The notes under the pieces: generated by a model
What the model saw: the letters and a program-made list of their open reading frames with translations, nothing else
Told to the model about the DNA's origin: nothing
The model's database searches: none
Position numbers and translations under genes: made by a program
Shown: one piece after another, positions 62,361 through 64,000 of the stretch
Numbering within the stretch: position 1 is the first letter of the stretch
Layout of the letters: the number at the start of each line of letters is the position of its first letter
Assembly: GCA_965153455.1 (NCBI GenBank)
Contig: OZ234494.1
Location: 7,564,001-7,628,000 of the forward strand
Length of the DNA: 64,000 nt
Reading direction: 5' to 3'
DNA from: Sphagnum compactum
Taxonomy: Eukaryota

Positions 62361-64000
62361 TGATTTGAAGAAAAAGTTGGAATTAAAACGAAAAGCGTCA
62401 ACTCTCCATAGCTATGCTTTCACCTTCAAATGAAATCCATTTTATCCCTCGTAAAACAGGATCCTGCCTGAATCTAGGCGAAGGATATTCCATCACTTTT
62501 GGCCTGATAGGAGGGGTGGTTGGTCATGCATTGCATTGGCATGTTATGAATAACTGAATATGTCCATGTAATATCAGTCACTATAACCAAAGTGGCAAGG
62601 CCATTCTTTAAAAAAAATTGAGCTGATTAAAGTAAGTTATCTATAAACCCACCTTGTCTTTGGCCCTAGTTTGACCCTCTAACCCCAATTTCATCCCCAA
62701 CTTGAGTGTAGCCTGAAAGTGAGCAAATTTGGCTACTGTTTAATGAATGGGGTTTCAGTTCATAAGATTTGTCGGGCATGACCTGATTAAATGAAAAAAT
62801 ATGAGCAGCAGTGAAGTCATGTAAGGAAATCCAAAACTGAGGGTGAAACTCCTGTGCGGACCAATTTTAGGTGAGAAAAACAGTTGGATGCTTTTTATTC
62901 ATTGCTTTTGCTCTCTTATTTTTTCCTGTGTACTGTTTTCATCCTGACATTTGATTGTCCCCAGTTTTGATGAAATTGGGACCCAGTAGCCCTTGAGTTT
63001 GGGGCTCTTCACAGATTAACTCCATATAGATCTATGGCCCCAAATTCTAAAATTTAGTGAATATTAGGTATTGCAGCTTGTCATGATTTTTTCCCTTGTT
63101 TGGGGATTCAGACAACTGTGCATTACAAGAAATAGGTGATTCATGCAATCCTTTGGTCATGAATCCAAATAGGTGATGAATTTTTCATGCTAGTCAAGGC
63201 AACTTGCACCCAGTTGCAACCTGATTTGGCCTCTTCTCCACCCGAAGTCATCCCATGAAGATTTTATTAGCTGGAGCGTGTCCAGACTCTGTGGGCAACC
63301 CGTGTGCTCACACATTCCAATGGTTCCACTAAAGATTTCAAATATGTGATTTTTGTCGAAAACTAGGACATGAGATCTTATGGGATCTTATGATAGTTCT
63401 TCCCTGCCCACTTGCTAGTTCGGTTGAATGATCTAAATGATTGGTCTTGAGTACCTGGGGATAAGGGATCATGAGTCATGGCTAGAATGGATTAAATCAA
63501 TACTTTGCCATTGGATTAATGGCTGGGTGCTTGGATGATGACATTCAAGATGCCAAAATGAATTTGGTTCAAGCGAAGGATTTCAATTTTCATCATGCTC
63601 TCAACCCCTGAATGTCCAACAATTCATGAGACCGCAAACTTCTTACCACATACAGAATGGAAAAGAAAGTGGCAATAGCCTTAAAATAGTGACAAAATGA
63701 ACGTTATTACTGTAGTATAGTGGCAGCTTCAACACAAGTCTGTTGAATCAACAATTCATTTTGAAGATTTCTGAATATTCTGTAGAAATTCTTTAGTTTC
63801 CTTCAAAAAAATGTGTTCTTTGAAAATAAATTTGTTGAAACGTTCAAGCAATGTAATTATGAAAAAGCTGCCAAGGTAGTACAATATTACACCAACATAG
63901 ATGAGAAAAAGTGAAGAAAGTCCTTACCAAAAAGGAGCCAAATTTAAATCCAAGTTGTAGCTTTGACACAATGAGCGAGGAACAATGAATCAGGAGATAG

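Overview
Eukaryotic land-plant nuclear DNA, probably a moss. The GT-AG multi-exon genes and TE types fit this, and the dispersed TAGCCAAATTTGGCTA repeat suggests Sphagnum; the taxon is my inference and is not verified. Four apparently intact genes: a 5-exon MPC2-type mitochondrial pyruvate carrier (+, 963-3692), an FMO-type flavin monooxygenase fused to a C-terminal DUF6314-like domain with an intronless CDS (-, 5106-7103), a 6-exon Mpv17/PMP22 membrane protein (-, 13243-15461) and an LBD15-like class I LOB-domain transcription factor (-, 40656-41246). Two pseudogenes not recoverable from any single ORF can be rebuilt by hand: a Myb/SANT (trihelix or Harbinger ORF1-like) gene at 1-500, and a RING-CH E3 ligase split by a solo LTR (24599-26054). 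The rest is mostly decayed mobile DNA: an internally deleted chromovirus with a perfect TSD and two PPTs, a pogo-like transposase, a Sola1/DUF7869-like transposase preceded by a 46-bp palindromic tandem array, nested hAT/Harbinger MITEs and telomere-like arrays. The best novelty candidates are the FMO-DUF6314 gene (possible horizontal acquisition) and the palindrome-array plus Sola-like element. No CRISPR, rRNA or convincing tRNA was found. Family assignments are from motif recognition by eye; no searches were run.
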